Source: an uncultured Spirochaetota bacterium (GTDB lineage Bacteria > Spirochaetota > UBA4802 > UBA5550). From it: a DNA stretch of 64,000 nt. Made by a program: the position numbers and the translations under genes. Position 1 is the first letter of the stretch, and the number at the start of each line of letters is the position of its first letter. The notes below the pieces were generated by a model. The model was not told the DNA's origin and did not search any database. It saw only the letters and a list, made by a program, of their open reading frames with translations. Positions 39,978-51,074 of this stretch are shown here, piece by piece. The stretch covers positions 192,001 to 256,000 of the forward strand of contig CAWHAA010000010.1 in the NCBI GenBank assembly GCA_963827275.1. Reading direction: 5' to 3'.

Positions 39978-40793
39978 TCACGTTTTTATAAAATTCAGAA
40001 GTTTTTTCTTTATCGCGACGGCCAGGGGCATCCAGCTGTAAGCGCCTAAAATTTTCAATTTGTATTCTATCGGCCAATCCGATGTACCCATCTCTATTCT
40101 CCCCTTTTCAAATGCATCCGCGGGCATATATGGTGATTCAGAGTTGATGGTAAACACCTGCTCATATCCGGCCATTCTGCACAGAGTGATGGTTTCTTCG
40201 GAATAATCGCCGTAGGGAAACGCGATGTATCGTATTGGCGTCCCAATGGACGACTCGAGTATATTTTTTGATGCAAGTATTTCTTTATACGCGCTCGCGC
40301 TGTCGAGCGTGGAGAGCCTGCGATGGGTAACGGTATGCGAGCCGAACGTCACATATTCTGACGGTATCTTTTTTAATTCATCTGCCGTCGCGACTCTCTC
40401 GGACTTCTCTTTATCGCCCGGGCTGAAAGACCATCCGGGGCTTTTCCCGAGGAAGCCCGCGGGGATGAATATGGCAAAGGGAATGCGCCGCTTCAATAAT
40501 TCAGGCACGGCATTGTCGATTGCGCTGGTGAAGGCGTCATCGAAGGTAATGACGGAGTATCGCTTGCCTGCTTCCATATGATGATAATCGCCGGGACGGA
40601 TGGGCGTGGTGTTACGCGCAAGATATTCAATCTGGTCAATAAATACCCGGACGCCTTCAGGCGGTATGGAATGATAAAACAAAATGATACAGGAGGCTGG
40701 AATTTCACGATTGAACAGCTGCAACACGCGCAACGCCGGCTTCGCCAGCAGGATATATACGATGCTTATTATGATTTTCAATAACCGCTTCAT
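39978..40793 (-). CDS. Polysaccharide deacetylase (CE4)
   Basis: ITFDD, FGSHTVTH, AFPYG. Confidence 0.9.
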   Translation of the reverse strand: MKRLLKIIISIVYILLAKPALRVLQLFNREIPASCIILFYHSIPPEGVRVFIDQIEYLARNTTPIRPGDYHHMEAGKRYSVITFDDAFTSAIDNAVPELLKRRIPFAIFIPAGFLGKSPGWSFSPGDKEKSERVATADELKKIPSEYVTFGSHTVTHRRLSTLDSASAYKEILASKNILESSIGTPIRYIAFPYGDYSEETITLCRMAGYEQVFTINSESPYMPADAFEKGRIEMGTSDWPIEYKLKILGAYSWMPLAVAIKKKLLNFIKT

Positions 40794-40871
40794 TTCCGCA
40801 CCATAATAATACTTCGCGTGCATTATATTCCCGCAACGAGGGACGGACCTCCCCGGGCCACCTTCCCCGTG

Positions 40872-42359
40872 CTAACCATTCCCCTGCTTAATTGCCGATG
40901 AAGAGACCCGCAGTATATGCAGGAGAAGGTAGCTGCCAAAAATCGAAGCGAATATAATCGCGAAAACAAGGCCCCAGATATATGAATAATTACTTTCTAT
41001 TAATTTCCTGAGAAAAATTACCAGTGTGATCCCGGCGGAAAATATTGCCGTGCTCGGGACCATGTCACGCCAATTAATATTCCACGGGATATGCCTCTTC
41101 CCGAGCATGCCGATACAGAATGTGTATATAAAATATGATATCATGGTTGCGTAAGCAGCGCCCCTGTACGATGTGTACGGGATGAGGATGAAATTCAATC
41201 CGATATTCGACAAAGTGGCCAGAACAATCCAGAGAAGCATGACTTTCGTTTTCTTGATAATCTCATACGGCTTGTGCGCGAATGTGCCGATTGAATTCAG
41301 GATTACCCCGGCAAACACGTACGGCAGGATAATACTCCCTTCACGGAACTCGGGGCCGAGGAATATCAGCGCAATATCCGCATGGAATAAAAACATCATG
41401 CCGACGGCCAGAAATCCGAGCGATATCATGTTTCCGATTATGAGCCCCAGCACTTCCCCCGTTTTTTTTACGTCATTGGTACCGGCGATTTTCATAAGGT
41501 ATGGGGCCAGCGTCAGGGTCACCGGGATAACAACAAGGAACACCGAACCTACTATCAACCTGTAATTCGCGTCGTAGATCCCGACATCCTTCACCCCGAG
41601 ATAAAATTGGAGTATATATCGGTCTGATACATCATGCAGGATACTGGTAAAATACCAGAACGTCATGGGAAGCCCAAACCTGACGAATTCATTGAACAGC
41701 ACCCAGTTCGATCTCTTTTTTACCGCATCAACAATTGATGTAATTTTCGGGAACCTTGCTTTTTTCCATAAAAATGGTATTAATATCGAGGAACTGATGG
41801 TAACAGACCAGAACATGACCTTAATATCCATGTGAACGATAAGGAAAACAAGGACCAGTCTCAATACAAACGTCACCAGACTGTCAGCCAATTTATAAAA
41901 AACAAATGATTTTGCCTGCATCTCGGCGGGCAGTATGGCGGTAAACAGGTCGAAGATGGATGTGCTGATAACATAGATAAGCATCGGGAACAGGAACGCT
42001 CCCATTTCCAGGGCAAGATACCGCTTGATGACAAGCACCGCGACCATCCCGAAAGTGCTCTCCAGGATGAAGATGAGCCAGATGCCCATGAAAATTACAT
42101 TCTTGATCTCCCTGACCTTTGCGGCATCAGTCTCGCCCGGGATGTACCGTCCCACGACCTGCTGAAGCCAGAAGGATGCCACCGACCTGAAGGTGTTCGC
42201 TATGATGAGGAAAAGGCTGAAAACTCCATATTCGGAAGCTGAAAAGTGACGGGTGAATATGGAAGAAGTAATTAATGTTATGGCCGCCGGAATAATAGTG
42301 CCCGGCACATACGTCACGATTTGTCTGAATATATTATTTGTTAAAATACTCTTAATCAA
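40872..42359 (-). CDS. wzx: Wzx-type flippase
   Basis: Many TM helices; EYGVF, DRYIL..LG..DVGIY, NIGLNFILIP..GAA; TTG start. Confidence 0.85.
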   Translation of the reverse strand: MIKSILTNNIFRQIVTYVPGTIIPAAITLITSSIFTRHFSASEYGVFSLFLIIANTFRSVASFWLQQVVGRYIPGETDAAKVREIKNVIFMGIWLIFILESTFGMVAVLVIKRYLALEMGAFLFPMLIYVISTSIFDLFTAILPAEMQAKSFVFYKLADSLVTFVLRLVLVFLIVHMDIKVMFWSVTISSSILIPFLWKKARFPKITSIVDAVKKRSNWVLFNEFVRFGLPMTFWYFTSILHDVSDRYILQFYLGVKDVGIYDANYRLIVGSVFLVVIPVTLTLAPYLMKIAGTNDVKKTGEVLGLIIGNMISLGFLAVGMMFLFHADIALIFLGPEFREGSIILPYVFAGVILNSIGTFAHKPYEIIKKTKVMLLWIVLATLSNIGLNFILIPYTSYRGAAYATMISYFIYTFCIGMLGKRHIPWNINWRDMVPSTAIFSAGITLVIFLRKLIESNYSYIWGLVFAIIFASIFGSYLLLHILRVSSSAIKQGNG

Positions 42360-43081
42360 GATAACAACCTTGCGTATTTATTAAATAACATGCGATCGCC
42401 GGCATTAGAAATTCGACATCAACATGATTCATTTTTATAATATTTTTCAATGTTCCCGGAATTACTGCTTACAAGATACTAGATTAATGATTTCTTAGAT
42501 TAACTATCTTCGTAGCACATGTAAAATAAAATAACTGCAGGATTATATATACTATTTGCGTACATTGCAATTCAAGAATATAAATCGTAACTCATGGATT
42601 TATTATTGATACTATAGAAAATAATCATAACAAATCAGGATAGATTCACTGCATCCCAAAACTGAAATAGAGCATTTATCACGACAAACAATTGGGACAT
42701 TTAATGAAATTTTTATATTTTTGTAAAATATAAAATCTATTTTCACTTTTTTTATTCATCTGGTTCTAAATAATCGTCCGCCGCGGATTACTATCCTACC
42801 TGTTTAACGCAGTTGCCTCATGTCCCATCGTCCATCGCAAGCCCGAATAGTTCCTGGCGAAATTGACAACCTCCTGCTCTGTTTAATAAAATAAACTTGA
42901 CAAAAGGTCATTCAGCCGTATTTCTATCATTACAAATTACACGTTTAAGGGAACACTCCCGAGGGCATAGCAGGGATATGTCAGCCCTGTTGTCCTCTCG
43001 CTTGAGTACGGATAACCAGATTTGGCTCTTAGCAGCATGATGCCATACGTATAAGTATATGTGACAAGAAAGTCAGACATT

Positions 43082-44455
43082 ATGAAATATATTCTAATTG
43101 GTGTAACAATTATTGGCTTCGGCGCCTTCTATTTCCTGACCGATATCCCCCACATGGTAATCAAAGAACTGTTTCTCATAAACAATCAAGCACCCGTCAA
43201 ACTGATCGTTGATGACGCCATCCTGCTGAATGTTGTCATAGCTCTGGCATTTTTTTTACTGCTCTATCTCCCTTCAAAAACCAACAGGGAAAAAGAATTT
43301 TTCAACAGGCCATTTTCTGATTCGCTCAAGGGCATTGCGATGTTCATGATTATGATGCATCATCTGTCCCGGTGCATTATCAATCCATCCGATATGATTA
43401 TTTTTTTTGATTTAGGGTATGTCGGGTTCGCGTGCTACCTGGTGCTCTCCGGCTATGGCCTTACAGAATCATACAAGAGGAAAGGCCTCCAGGGCACGTT
43501 TATCAAAGACCGTTTTCTCAGAATTTTTATACCCGTGTTGCTGATGAATACATTTATCCAGGTGCTGAACCATATCGTCGGGCAGGAAAAGACCGGTATT
43601 ATAAAAAGCATCGCAACCATTCTCGGCATTATCAATCTTAACTGGTTCATCGGCTTCATAGTCTTCTGGTATCTGGCGTACTATGTTTTTTATAAAAGAA
43701 ATTTTTCTGATAACATCAAAATAATACTATTATTTGCCGTATCATTTGTCCTTCTGGCATCAGAGAGCATCCATCCCATTATTCGCATAAATGCCCTCAG
43801 TTTTCCCTGCGGCGTGTTTATGTCTCAATACAAATCAAGAATTTATGATTTATATACGAATAATAAACCGAAAAGTTTTAAGCTGGCGGTTTTTGTCTTT
43901 TGCGTACTATCACTGATTCTTTTTCTCCTTTTTGCCGGACTTTTGATCAAAGAACCGCCCCTGAACCAGTCAAACCCCTATCCTTCATCAATATTCATAA
44001 TGCAGAATCCTCTATCATATTTTGATTTACGCCTGTTCCTGATCGGGGCATGTATTGTTATATCCTGCATAATCCTTATTGTTAAGCGCACGGAAGTCAC
44101 TATTACGCTTATATTGAATCTGCTTTTTTTCAGCTTTTTTGTCGTGATCTCAACACCAAATGTTCCCAGGGAATTACTGCAATATTTTACCGCCAATGTT
44201 TCAGCATTATTGGCAGCAGCATTTCTCATTATTGTATTAAAATACATAACCAGGAACAGGTCATCATACTTCTTCACCCAATGGGGAAAAATGTCGCTGG
44301 AAATCCTGATTCTTCATGGATTATTTTTAAATCAATATGTCTTCATCCTTTTTAAATTTCCCCTCCACTACTCGATAATTTTATTCATAATCTTCATCAC
44401 GGTCATTTCATATCTGTTTTTTAAAATTTCAGAGTTCATACAAAAATATTTTTGA
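43082..44455 (+). CDS. Acyltransferase family 3 (OafA-like) membrane protein
   Basis: DSLKGIAMFMIMMHH, LSGYGL, RFLRI, GKMSLEILILH. Confidence 0.85.
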   Translation: MKYILIGVTIIGFGAFYFLTDIPHMVIKELFLINNQAPVKLIVDDAILLNVVIALAFFLLLYLPSKTNREKEFFNRPFSDSLKGIAMFMIMMHHLSRCIINPSDMIIFFDLGYVGFACYLVLSGYGLTESYKRKGLQGTFIKDRFLRIFIPVLLMNTFIQVLNHIVGQEKTGIIKSIATILGIINLNWFIGFIVFWYLAYYVFYKRNFSDNIKIILLFAVSFVLLASESIHPIIRINALSFPCGVFMSQYKSRIYDLYTNNKPKSFKLAVFVFCVLSLILFLLFAGLLIKEPPLNQSNPYPSSIFIMQNPLSYFDLRLFLIGACIVISCIILIVKRTEVTITLILNLLFFSFFVVISTPNVPRELLQYFTANVSALLAAAFLIIVLKYITRNRSSYFFTQWGKMSLEILILHGLFLNQYVFILFKFPLHYSIILFIIFITVISYLFFKISEFIQKYF

Positions 44456-44478
44456 TTTTGTGCGTGCAGGAAAATTCC

Positions 44479-45288
44479 ATGCCGGTTAATACACCAATCA
44501 CATTTGTTATCCCCGTCAATAACGATGAAATATTCAGTATTTCGGCAATGACCTCCCCGGTCCTAAAGAATACCGCGCATGAAATAGTAGTCAAAAGAAA
44601 TTATTCTTCTGCGAGCCTGGCATATAATGACGCGCTCTCTGGATCAAGTAACGACCTGTTCGTCTTTATGCACCAGGACGTATACCTGCCCGAAGGATGG
44701 GATTCCAGGCTGCTGGACATCATTGAATCGATGGATAATACATTGCCGTGGGGCGTGCTCGGATGTGCCGGCATAACGCATGACCATGAGGTTGTTGGCC
44801 ACGTATATTCAAATGGCATGAATTCCGTGTTGGGCAAGCCTGACAAGCCCAGAGAAGTGGTATCCCTTGACGAAATGATTTTGATTTTAAAAAAAAGCAA
44901 CGGGATACGGTTCGACCCCGCCCTGCCTCATTTCCATTTATATGGAACAGATATCTGTCTCGAGTCAAATAAATTAGGATTTAAAAATTACGCGATTGAC
45001 AATTTTTGTTTTCACAATGACGAAACATTCGAGGATTTGCCCGGTGAATTCTGGGCCTGCATCAGCTATCTTAACTCGAAGTGGAAACTAATGGATTGCA
45101 AGCCCATATTGCCGATAAAAACACTCTGCGCGATAATACCGTCAAACAATATCGAAAAGGTCATCTCCAGGCTGAAATCGGAATTATACCTTTTCAAGTG
45201 CAGGTTATTCAAGAAACAGATAAAGCGCATAATGGACGTTCAGGAAATCTTGCAAATCGTGAATTCCACGATGTCGAAAAACATTTAG
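44479..45288 (+). CDS. GT-A glycosyltransferase
   Basis: LAYN, FMHQDV, FHLYGTDICL. Confidence 0.8.
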   Translation: MPVNTPITFVIPVNNDEIFSISAMTSPVLKNTAHEIVVKRNYSSASLAYNDALSGSSNDLFVFMHQDVYLPEGWDSRLLDIIESMDNTLPWGVLGCAGITHDHEVVGHVYSNGMNSVLGKPDKPREVVSLDEMILILKKSNGIRFDPALPHFHLYGTDICLESNKLGFKNYAIDNFCFHNDETFEDLPGEFWACISYLNSKWKLMDCKPILPIKTLCAIIPSNNIEKVISRLKSELYLFKCRLFKKQIKRIMDVQEILQIVNSTMSKNI

Positions 45289-45334
45289 TCGCATGAATAG
45301 CATCGCCCCCCAGTTGAAGCCATTCAGAATGAAT

Positions 45335-46921
45335 CTAAATTTTTCTGTATATCCAGCCCGGGATCGGGAACGTCCTGTTATTCAGTATTCCGCCCATTAT
45401 CTTGGCGTTATGTATACTTAACGCCTGCAAAATATTCTTTGTGCTCTGTACGTTGTCCTTCCCTTCATTGGCTATTAAAATCACGCCATCAACGCTTGAG
45501 GACAACATCGTAATGTCCGGCAGCCGCGTAATGTTCGTGCAATCTATCAGGACCCCGTCATACTTTGATGTCAGTTTTTTTAGTATTGTTTTTATTTTTG
45601 ATTTATTCAATGAAGCGGTTGAACCTTCCGAAACATTCCCGGTCTGCATGACATGCAAATTCGGGCCGATAGTGGAAATGGCATCATCGAAATTAATATT
45701 GTTCTCATTTAACAAGTTAGCCAATCCGGGCCTTTCATCCAATTTTAACAGTTTCTGGATTATCGGCTGGTTCATATTCGCATCGACAACCAGCGTATTG
45801 ATGTCTGAATTCTTCGAGAGTGAAAACGCGATATTTGCGCATACAACAGAATTCATGGCCTGCGGCGAAACGGAAATGAACAATAATGACTTTAGATTTT
45901 GGACCTTCATGAATATAAAAATCTGGTCCGCAAGATCAACATAAAATTCGGCATATCGCGAACCTTCCGGAGCGTCGCTGATCAACAGCTTGTCGATTAT
46001 TCTTTTTTTAGGTATTGTGCCGAGGCTTGGCAGGTCGAGGTATTTCACGAAATCATCGGGGGATTTCAGGGTATTATTAAGCATATCAACGATAAAGGCA
46101 AGCGCGAGTCCGAGGAGCGTGGCGACAAACAAGCCGAGCATCATCATCATCGATCGTGGCTTGCCAACCGGCTTGAAGTCCGTCGACGCCTGCTCGATTA
46201 TTTTGACGCTTGCCGAACCGATAGAATCCAGGTCTGAAATCTCCTTCCCGTTCAGGTTCGTCGAAATTTTATTTATGTTGTCCTGCAGCTGCTGGACCGT
46301 CGGATGCAGGTCGCCGTATTTCAACGTTAGCTCGGCCAGCTGCTGCTGGAGATCATAAATAGTGTATGACCTGCTGACCACATTGGCAATTTCTACGGCC
46401 TTTGTGCCATCATAATCGCGAACAACAATCTGGAATATGTCCGTTGCGGTCTCTATCCTTGTCTCGATATTATCCTTGAGCTGCGACATCGCCTTCCACA
46501 AGAGATATTCTTCTTTTTCCACCGGTGAAAGCGATGCGATATGCGCTCTTTCATTATTTGCCATATAATCGACCAGATACCGCTTCAGAGGATGGCAATA
46601 CTTTTTCTCGTAATCCAGCGGACGACTTTCCAGACCGAGCGCTTTAACGGCACGTTTGATCACGGGGTTCGATTTGACAATGGCCATCTGCGTGAGATGG
46701 ATACGGAAGGGGCCGACCGCTTCATAGGTAGGGGCCGCAATCTGGCTTATTCCCTTGATATGTATCATCACTTTCGCGGCATACATGGGGGTTTTAAATA
46801 TTATGAATAAATACGTTAAGGGGACCACGATTATAAATGTTATGATTATTATCAGCTTCTGCCTGAAAAAGGGCCTGATAAAATCGCGAAAGGTTATGCC
46901 TGTCAAATCATTCTTGTCCAT
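45335..46921 (-). CDS. Wzc-like polysaccharide co-polymerase with degenerate BY-kinase domain
   Basis: Two TMs, YGDLHPTV, LGTIP, LVVDAN, VLID; Walker A region reads SVSPQAMNS. Confidence 0.82.
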   Translation of the reverse strand: MDKNDLTGITFRDFIRPFFRQKLIIIITFIIVVPLTYLFIIFKTPMYAAKVMIHIKGISQIAAPTYEAVGPFRIHLTQMAIVKSNPVIKRAVKALGLESRPLDYEKKYCHPLKRYLVDYMANNERAHIASLSPVEKEEYLLWKAMSQLKDNIETRIETATDIFQIVVRDYDGTKAVEIANVVSRSYTIYDLQQQLAELTLKYGDLHPTVQQLQDNINKISTNLNGKEISDLDSIGSASVKIIEQASTDFKPVGKPRSMMMMLGLFVATLLGLALAFIVDMLNNTLKSPDDFVKYLDLPSLGTIPKKRIIDKLLISDAPEGSRYAEFYVDLADQIFIFMKVQNLKSLLFISVSPQAMNSVVCANIAFSLSKNSDINTLVVDANMNQPIIQKLLKLDERPGLANLLNENNINFDDAISTIGPNLHVMQTGNVSEGSTASLNKSKIKTILKKLTSKYDGVLIDCTNITRLPDITMLSSSVDGVILIANEGKDNVQSTKNILQALSIHNAKIMGGILNNRTFPIPGWIYRKI

Positions 46922-47143
46922 AATACTACCATCATTTATTTACTTCGGATATCATGCCATGCAATCGCATGCGATGCTTGAGAAACAGGATCGTTACCGG
47001 AAATCAATACCAACCACACGCGCCCTTAATCATTGCATGTGGCGCCCAATTCTACATCCCTGATGACGCATTACCGACATGAATAATACGACAATTTCGC
47101 ATCATCAATGGTATATGATTTTTTCAATACTACTTTCGCCAAC

Positions 47144-47713
47144 CTAAAAGAAGCCTTCAGAGACAATTACAATATCACCCGGCATTAATATTATGTCTTC
47201 CTTTGCATTGCCGTCTATCGCTTTCTGGAGGTTTATCTTGATGCTTTGATATCCCGGCTTGTCCGGATACAGCCTTAACAATTTTACACGGCTCTTTGAG
47301 CCAAACCGGGTAAAACCACCCGCTATGGATATGGCCTTAAGAACGGTCGTGTTTTCCTGCAACTGATACGAGCCGGGCCTTACCACTTCTCCCGAGACGG
47401 TAAAATTTCGGCTATGTGACTCAATAAGAGAAACAACGACAACCGGATATTTGAGATACCCGCTGGAAAGGCGCAATTGAATATTCTGCTGGATTTCGCT
47501 GATAGTTTTACCCTTTACTTTGACGCTCCCGATGTATGCCACCGAAACCTCGCCGCCCGGCGTTACGGTCGAACGATCGGTTATCTCGTCGGGCTTCAGG
47601 ATTCTCACTTCAATGATATCGCCCACTCCGACCCTGTAAACTTCATCTTCTGCGTATAAAAAAGACACCTGCAGCAGTGAAATCAGGATAGCCGACAGAA
47701 AAAGTCCCTTCAA
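47144..47713 (-). CDS. Polysaccharide export OPX protein (Poly_export + SLBB), short form
   Basis: YRVGVGD, GEVVRPGSY, AISIAGGFT, LMPGDIVIV; GGAGG RBS before TTG 47713. Confidence 0.88.
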   Translation of the reverse strand: MKGLFLSAILISLLQVSFLYAEDEVYRVGVGDIIEVRILKPDEITDRSTVTPGGEVSVAYIGSVKVKGKTISEIQQNIQLRLSSGYLKYPVVVVSLIESHSRNFTVSGEVVRPGSYQLQENTTVLKAISIAGGFTRFGSKSRVKLLRLYPDKPGYQSIKINLQKAIDGNAKEDIILMPGDIVIVSEGFF

Positions 47714-47938
47714 TTTCTGGCCTCCACAATAATTATCCTTATTATATAGCATGCGTATAATATAACAACAATAATAATTACAATCCATAAAATCGTGAAT
47801 TAAATGATCCGACAATAAGCTGTGCTGTATTCATCGGCGACATAGTATCGTTGACTCGTAATAATTAAAATCATCAATCAAAATTTGACAAGATATAGAT
47901 GGCTGAGTTCTTAAAAAATCATTAAAATAATGATAATT

Positions 47939-49273
47939 TTACAATTCCGCCGTGGCGCCGATGGAGATGCGATTCCGCACGTACCCGCTATCCGCGACTT
48001 CAAAGCCGTTCCTGTTATATACATATCCGCCCAGGACACGGTACCCATCAACATGCGTATAGTTTACCGAAAGATCATACCATACCCTGATGGAAAAATT
48101 TTCGGTGAATACATACGCAACTGATGGGGCAAACCCGAACAACCTGTTTGTTGTATTTCTGTGCACATAAAAACCCTGGCCATAATAAATAGACGCCTGT
48201 ACCATCAGCCTGGTGAATACTTGCCGGGTGAAATCACCTGAAATTTGCCAGCTCGTGAACATGTCGTTTATGTTTTCCATTATTGATGTCCGGTAGGTGA
48301 ACGACAGGCTGGCGGTTGTCCTGTCGTCCACGTCATTGACCAAGGTAAGAAAAGCGAACACCCTGATGTAAAGCGGGTTTATTGACGCAAGATAGTACTG
48401 GACAGGGTTCATGGTCAGGCGTATGTCATTGTACGGGACCAGGAAGTCGGGAGCCACCCTGCACTCCGCATAGAGCTGGTTCGTAAAGCTGTGCCTGTAC
48501 CCCAGGCCGGGGGTATGTATATGCGAGACCCCGCCAAGATTTTGCTGTATCCATGAATAGTCATAAAATACAAATGTATAATTAGACGAATCCCAGTGGA
48601 CCTCATGCTGGGTCCTGGCCATTTGCGACAGGGTGTGATCGATGTTACGATCAATGAAATTATTGTTAATAAGATTATAATAATACTGCCAGTTTTTCTT
48701 GTAGTGATTCTTCATGTATTGGATTGAATATCCAGCGGTAAACCGGTAATGCGCGTTAACAGTAAATATTCCGTCTATAGCAAAGTTATTATTGAAATAG
48801 TCCACCCTCCCCTCCGTGATACCGAAAGACCGCTGGTAACGATCCGGCTCCGGATAGTGCTGGAAGGTATCCGAGATCAGGAGATTTACATTTTCAGAAA
48901 ACATCTTTGTATAATGCAATGTCGCGTCTTCATAGATCCTTGACATTTTTAAATTTTTCGAATAGAGTTGGCCGAACGCATGCCCGATGAGCTCAAGCGT
49001 CTGTGTCCGTCCCTCATGGCGGACCCCCAGGCCCAGCATTATTTCCGATATAAAATCCCACTGGATGCTCTCGGACAAATGCAGCGGGATCTGCCCGGGA
49101 TTCAATATGAGCGGGTTGGGGTTGAAGGGAAGCTCGACTGTCGCATTGATATTATCATCAAATGTTTCACGCACATATCCCTCTGCGACGAGCTCCCAGC
49201 CATATGAAATGCCGATGCATGAAAACACGAACAGCAATATAATATTTATTTTTATAAAAAATGATTTGGGCAT
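47939..49273 (-). CDS. Outer-membrane beta-barrel, probable EPS secretion porin
   Basis: Signal peptide, ETFDDNI, aromatic amphipathic strands, YVRNRISIG end; directly upstream of the OPX and co-polymerase genes. Confidence 0.65.
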   Translation of the reverse strand: MPKSFFIKINIILLFVFSCIGISYGWELVAEGYVRETFDDNINATVELPFNPNPLILNPGQIPLHLSESIQWDFISEIMLGLGVRHEGRTQTLELIGHAFGQLYSKNLKMSRIYEDATLHYTKMFSENVNLLISDTFQHYPEPDRYQRSFGITEGRVDYFNNNFAIDGIFTVNAHYRFTAGYSIQYMKNHYKKNWQYYYNLINNNFIDRNIDHTLSQMARTQHEVHWDSSNYTFVFYDYSWIQQNLGGVSHIHTPGLGYRHSFTNQLYAECRVAPDFLVPYNDIRLTMNPVQYYLASINPLYIRVFAFLTLVNDVDDRTTASLSFTYRTSIMENINDMFTSWQISGDFTRQVFTRLMVQASIYYGQGFYVHRNTTNRLFGFAPSVAYVFTENFSIRVWYDLSVNYTHVDGYRVLGGYVYNRNGFEVADSGYVRNRISIGATAEL

Positions 49274-49589
49274 ATGAGTATATCTATAAAATATTTTTCA
49301 ACGCCTGAATTCCCGCGGTAACATCATTGCTCAAATAATACGCACGTGACGCAGAGATAATTCAAATGTACCCGCGAATATTAATTATGCAGACCAGACA
49401 ACAGGAATTCACAGATTTATTAAAAGGAATTTCGACAACACTTCATACATAAAAATCCGGCAAGAATCATGAATGTCTGATCAACGGAATACGGCATACC
49501 AGCCATATGATTTTGGCTCTCGACTGTTTTCACTGATTGCATTATATAACGGACCGCGCGTATATTTTTCACCTGTACTGCGCTTCCAT

Positions 49590-51074
49590 CTATCTGCCAT
49601 GGCCCAGAAGCATAACCATAATTGTTTTAAAAAATATCATGGCGTCCAGCTTGAGTGACCAGTTGTCAATATACTCAAGATCCAGATCCATCCATTGATC
49701 GAAACTGAGGTCATTCCGGTTTGGCTGGATCTGCCAGAGACAGGTAATGCCGGGCTTCATCGACAGGCGTCTTCTGTGCCAGATATTATACTGGGCAACC
49801 TCTGAACCCAGCGGAGGCCTGGGGCCAATGAGGCTCATCTCGCCTTTAAATATATTCAACAGCTGCGGCAGCTCATCGATGCTGGTTTTTCTCAAAAACT
49901 TGCCAATGAAGGGAATAATGCGCGGGTCATTTTTTATCTTAAATGCGGGCCCGTCCGCCTCATTCAGCTCCTTCAGCTTTGCGAGCTTTTCCTCGGCGTC
50001 TTTCACCATGGTCCTGAACTTGAAGACCTTGAACGTCCTCCCGTTCAGGCCGACGCGGTCCTGTTTGAACAACACCTCCCCTGTGGAAGTGATTTTTATC
50101 AATGCGGCTATGACCAACAACAGGGGTGACAACGCAAGCAGCATCAAACCGGAGATGGTGTAATCGAAAAATAATTTGATCAGCAAATCGCGGTGCCTGG
50201 TGCTTGTAGAGCTCAGCACCATGGATGGAATCCCCTTTAAATCATCGAAATATATCCGCGCGACCCTGGGTTCATAGAAGAGGGAATGGATATGCCAATC
50301 GGGAAATATCCTCACCTTTATCCCCATGAGTTCAATCAATTGAATATACGCCTCGATATTATCAATCTGATGCATCGGCATAGCGAAAATCACCTCATCA
50401 ACGACATTATTGATGATTATGCCCTGTATGTCATCGACAAGGCCGATTACCTTGACGTCATCTTTAACGCGTTTGCCGATGCTTTTTGCGCTGGTATCGA
50501 GGCAACCGATAATTGAATAGTTATCTTTGATTGAATTGAGAAGACTAATGGCCCCGGCGGCCCGCTCCTTGCTCCCTATAATGAGAACCTTCACCTTGTT
50601 ATATTCTGATTGGTCGGATTTTTTGTATGACCAGTATATCAATGATTTACTGGCAACCAGTATCACAATATTAATTACGTAGAAAAGACCGATGAATAAC
50701 CGGCTTACGTCGCGTATTTTCAACAGAAAGAGCAACATGACCAGGATGATAATCCCCGCGGTGACCGCCTTGATGATATTCGTAAGCAGATCAGTGAAGC
50801 TGGGTCTCGATGAGACATCGATATTAATAAAAACGAAGGTACAGAACCATATCAGGATTACAATGAGCGCAATAATTTCATAGCTGGGCGGACTGCTGGC
50901 CGCCCCATAGCTGAATGGAACAAATATTTTTTTTATATGGTACGCGGCGATATAGGCGGCCAGGCTCAACAGAACATCCAGTATTCTATTTATCTGGATC
51001 AGCAGCTGCCTTTTTTGCAGTTTATCGAAGGATAGAACTTTTTCCTTTAAAGGCATTGGGTTGTTATTTTCCAT
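49590..51074 (-). CDS. Initiating undecaprenyl-phosphate sugar phosphotransferase (WcaJ/WbaP family)
   Basis: FKFRTM, DPRI, LRKTSIDELPQ, MSLIGPRP, KPGIT, YIDNWS. Confidence 0.95.
   Translation of the reverse strand: MENNNPMPLKEKVLSFDKLQKRQLLIQINRILDVLLSLAAYIAAYHIKKIFVPFSYGAASSPPSYEIIALIVILIWFCTFVFINIDVSSRPSFTDLLTNIIKAVTAGIIILVMLLFLLKIRDVSRLFIGLFYVINIVILVASKSLIYWSYKKSDQSEYNKVKVLIIGSKERAAGAISLLNSIKDNYSIIGCLDTSAKSIGKRVKDDVKVIGLVDDIQGIIINNVVDEVIFAMPMHQIDNIEAYIQLIELMGIKVRIFPDWHIHSLFYEPRVARIYFDDLKGIPSMVLSSTSTRHRDLLIKLFFDYTISGLMLLALSPLLLVIAALIKITSTGEVLFKQDRVGLNGRTFKVFKFRTMVKDAEEKLAKLKELNEADGPAFKIKNDPRIIPFIGKFLRKTSIDELPQLLNIFKGEMSLIGPRPPLGSEVAQYNIWHRRRLSMKPGITCLWQIQPNRNDLSFDQWMDLDLEYIDNWSLKLDAMIFFKTIMVMLLGHGR

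Noticed and set aside
42961..42997. Hairpin upstream of the AT3 acyltransferase as a riboswitch
   Set aside because: Single bulged stem, no recognised aptamer, no U tract, poor promoter spacing
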